Positions 61,676 to 62,423 of a stretch of DNA of 62,423 bases are shown here, in pieces. Below the pieces are notes generated by a model. It made no database searches and was not told the DNA's origin. It saw only the letters and a program-made list of their open reading frames with translations. The first letter of the stretch is position 1. Each line of letters begins with the position of its first letter. The position numbers and the translations under genes were made by a program. This DNA is from Nemertoderma westbladi (lineage: Eukaryota > Animalia > Xenacoelomorpha): assembly GCA_032718475.1 (NCBI GenBank), contig JAUCBJ010000041.1:1-62423 (forward strand), given 5' to 3'.

Positions 61676-62423
61676 CAATTTGCCTACGAGGTACAGTAGG
61701 CCTACTGTATATTAATAGCATTGCAGTACAGTGTTTGCCAACACCTGGGCCTGGGGCCAGTGTTTGAGAATGACGTTGACGCTGACAATTACAAGATTGG
61801 AATCTATAGTGTGAAACCCGGATCAGGAAGAAGGCGACGTTGTCCATTAAACCTGGAACGATGTTGTCCTACAGTATTCGATTGAAACCAGCCGATCGTT
61901 ATATAGCTCGCTAAATAAATCATCCATTTTCAAAGTTAAGTACTATTATTTTAACCATTGATGTCAATAAGCAATACGCTAGGATTGTAAGATAATTAGT
62001 TGAGTGTCGCTATAACCTGTATCACCGGGCTTCACAAATGAGGAGCTGGACTATATTATATTAAAGTTTGTCTGTCTGTCTGTACGTCATAATTCCCTTA
62101 ACTTAAATTATTATATTTATTGTATTTATATTTATTATATTGTGCTAGATTTATATATATATTTTTTTTTTTTTGTTCTTCTTCCTTTGGTACATTATAT
62201 TATATTTACTACTACTGTATGTAAGACAATGTGTATTTTTCTTTTCTGTATACACGAATAATAATAATAATAATAACCATCACCAAATGTACAGATAGGG
62301 GGGGGGGGGGGGAAACTGGACGCAATAAAAAGTCATCCCTCTCCAGGGGAACATCGACGCAAATAACAGCTGATTATTCTCAAAAATAAAACTGTAACCT
62401 GTTCTATTGTGCTTAGTTTATTG

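Overview
Repeat-rich eukaryotic DNA, most likely an invertebrate animal. There are only two host genes, both with intact intronless coding regions: RTRAF/C14orf166 (7809-8564, +) and RPS25 (25399-25767, -). Between them lies a ~13.4 kb satellite of 27-bp units with higher-order structure. Most of the rest is nested BEL/Pao LTR retrotransposons. (i) A complete 24.7 kb element (29166-53859, ACATT target-site duplication) has gag-pol broken by one stop and one frameshift. It carries an intact L2/CR1-type LINE, a 2.5 kb non-autonomous insertion, a 430-bp duplication, accessory ORFs in the env position, and a 3' LTR duplicated around a 53-bp satellite. (ii) An internally deleted Gag-protease-only relative lies at 55-6334. 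(iii) An unrelated minus-strand Gag-protease-only BEL element has element (i) apparently inserted in its 3' LTR. Most notable: element (i) has no tRNA primer-binding site but a 12-nt PBS exactly complementary to a site inside its own LTR, suggesting self-primed reverse transcription. Its 3' non-coding region holds tandem covarying hairpin-pseudoknot RNA modules upstream of an unknown ORF. All comparisons were made by eye; no searches or folding were run.
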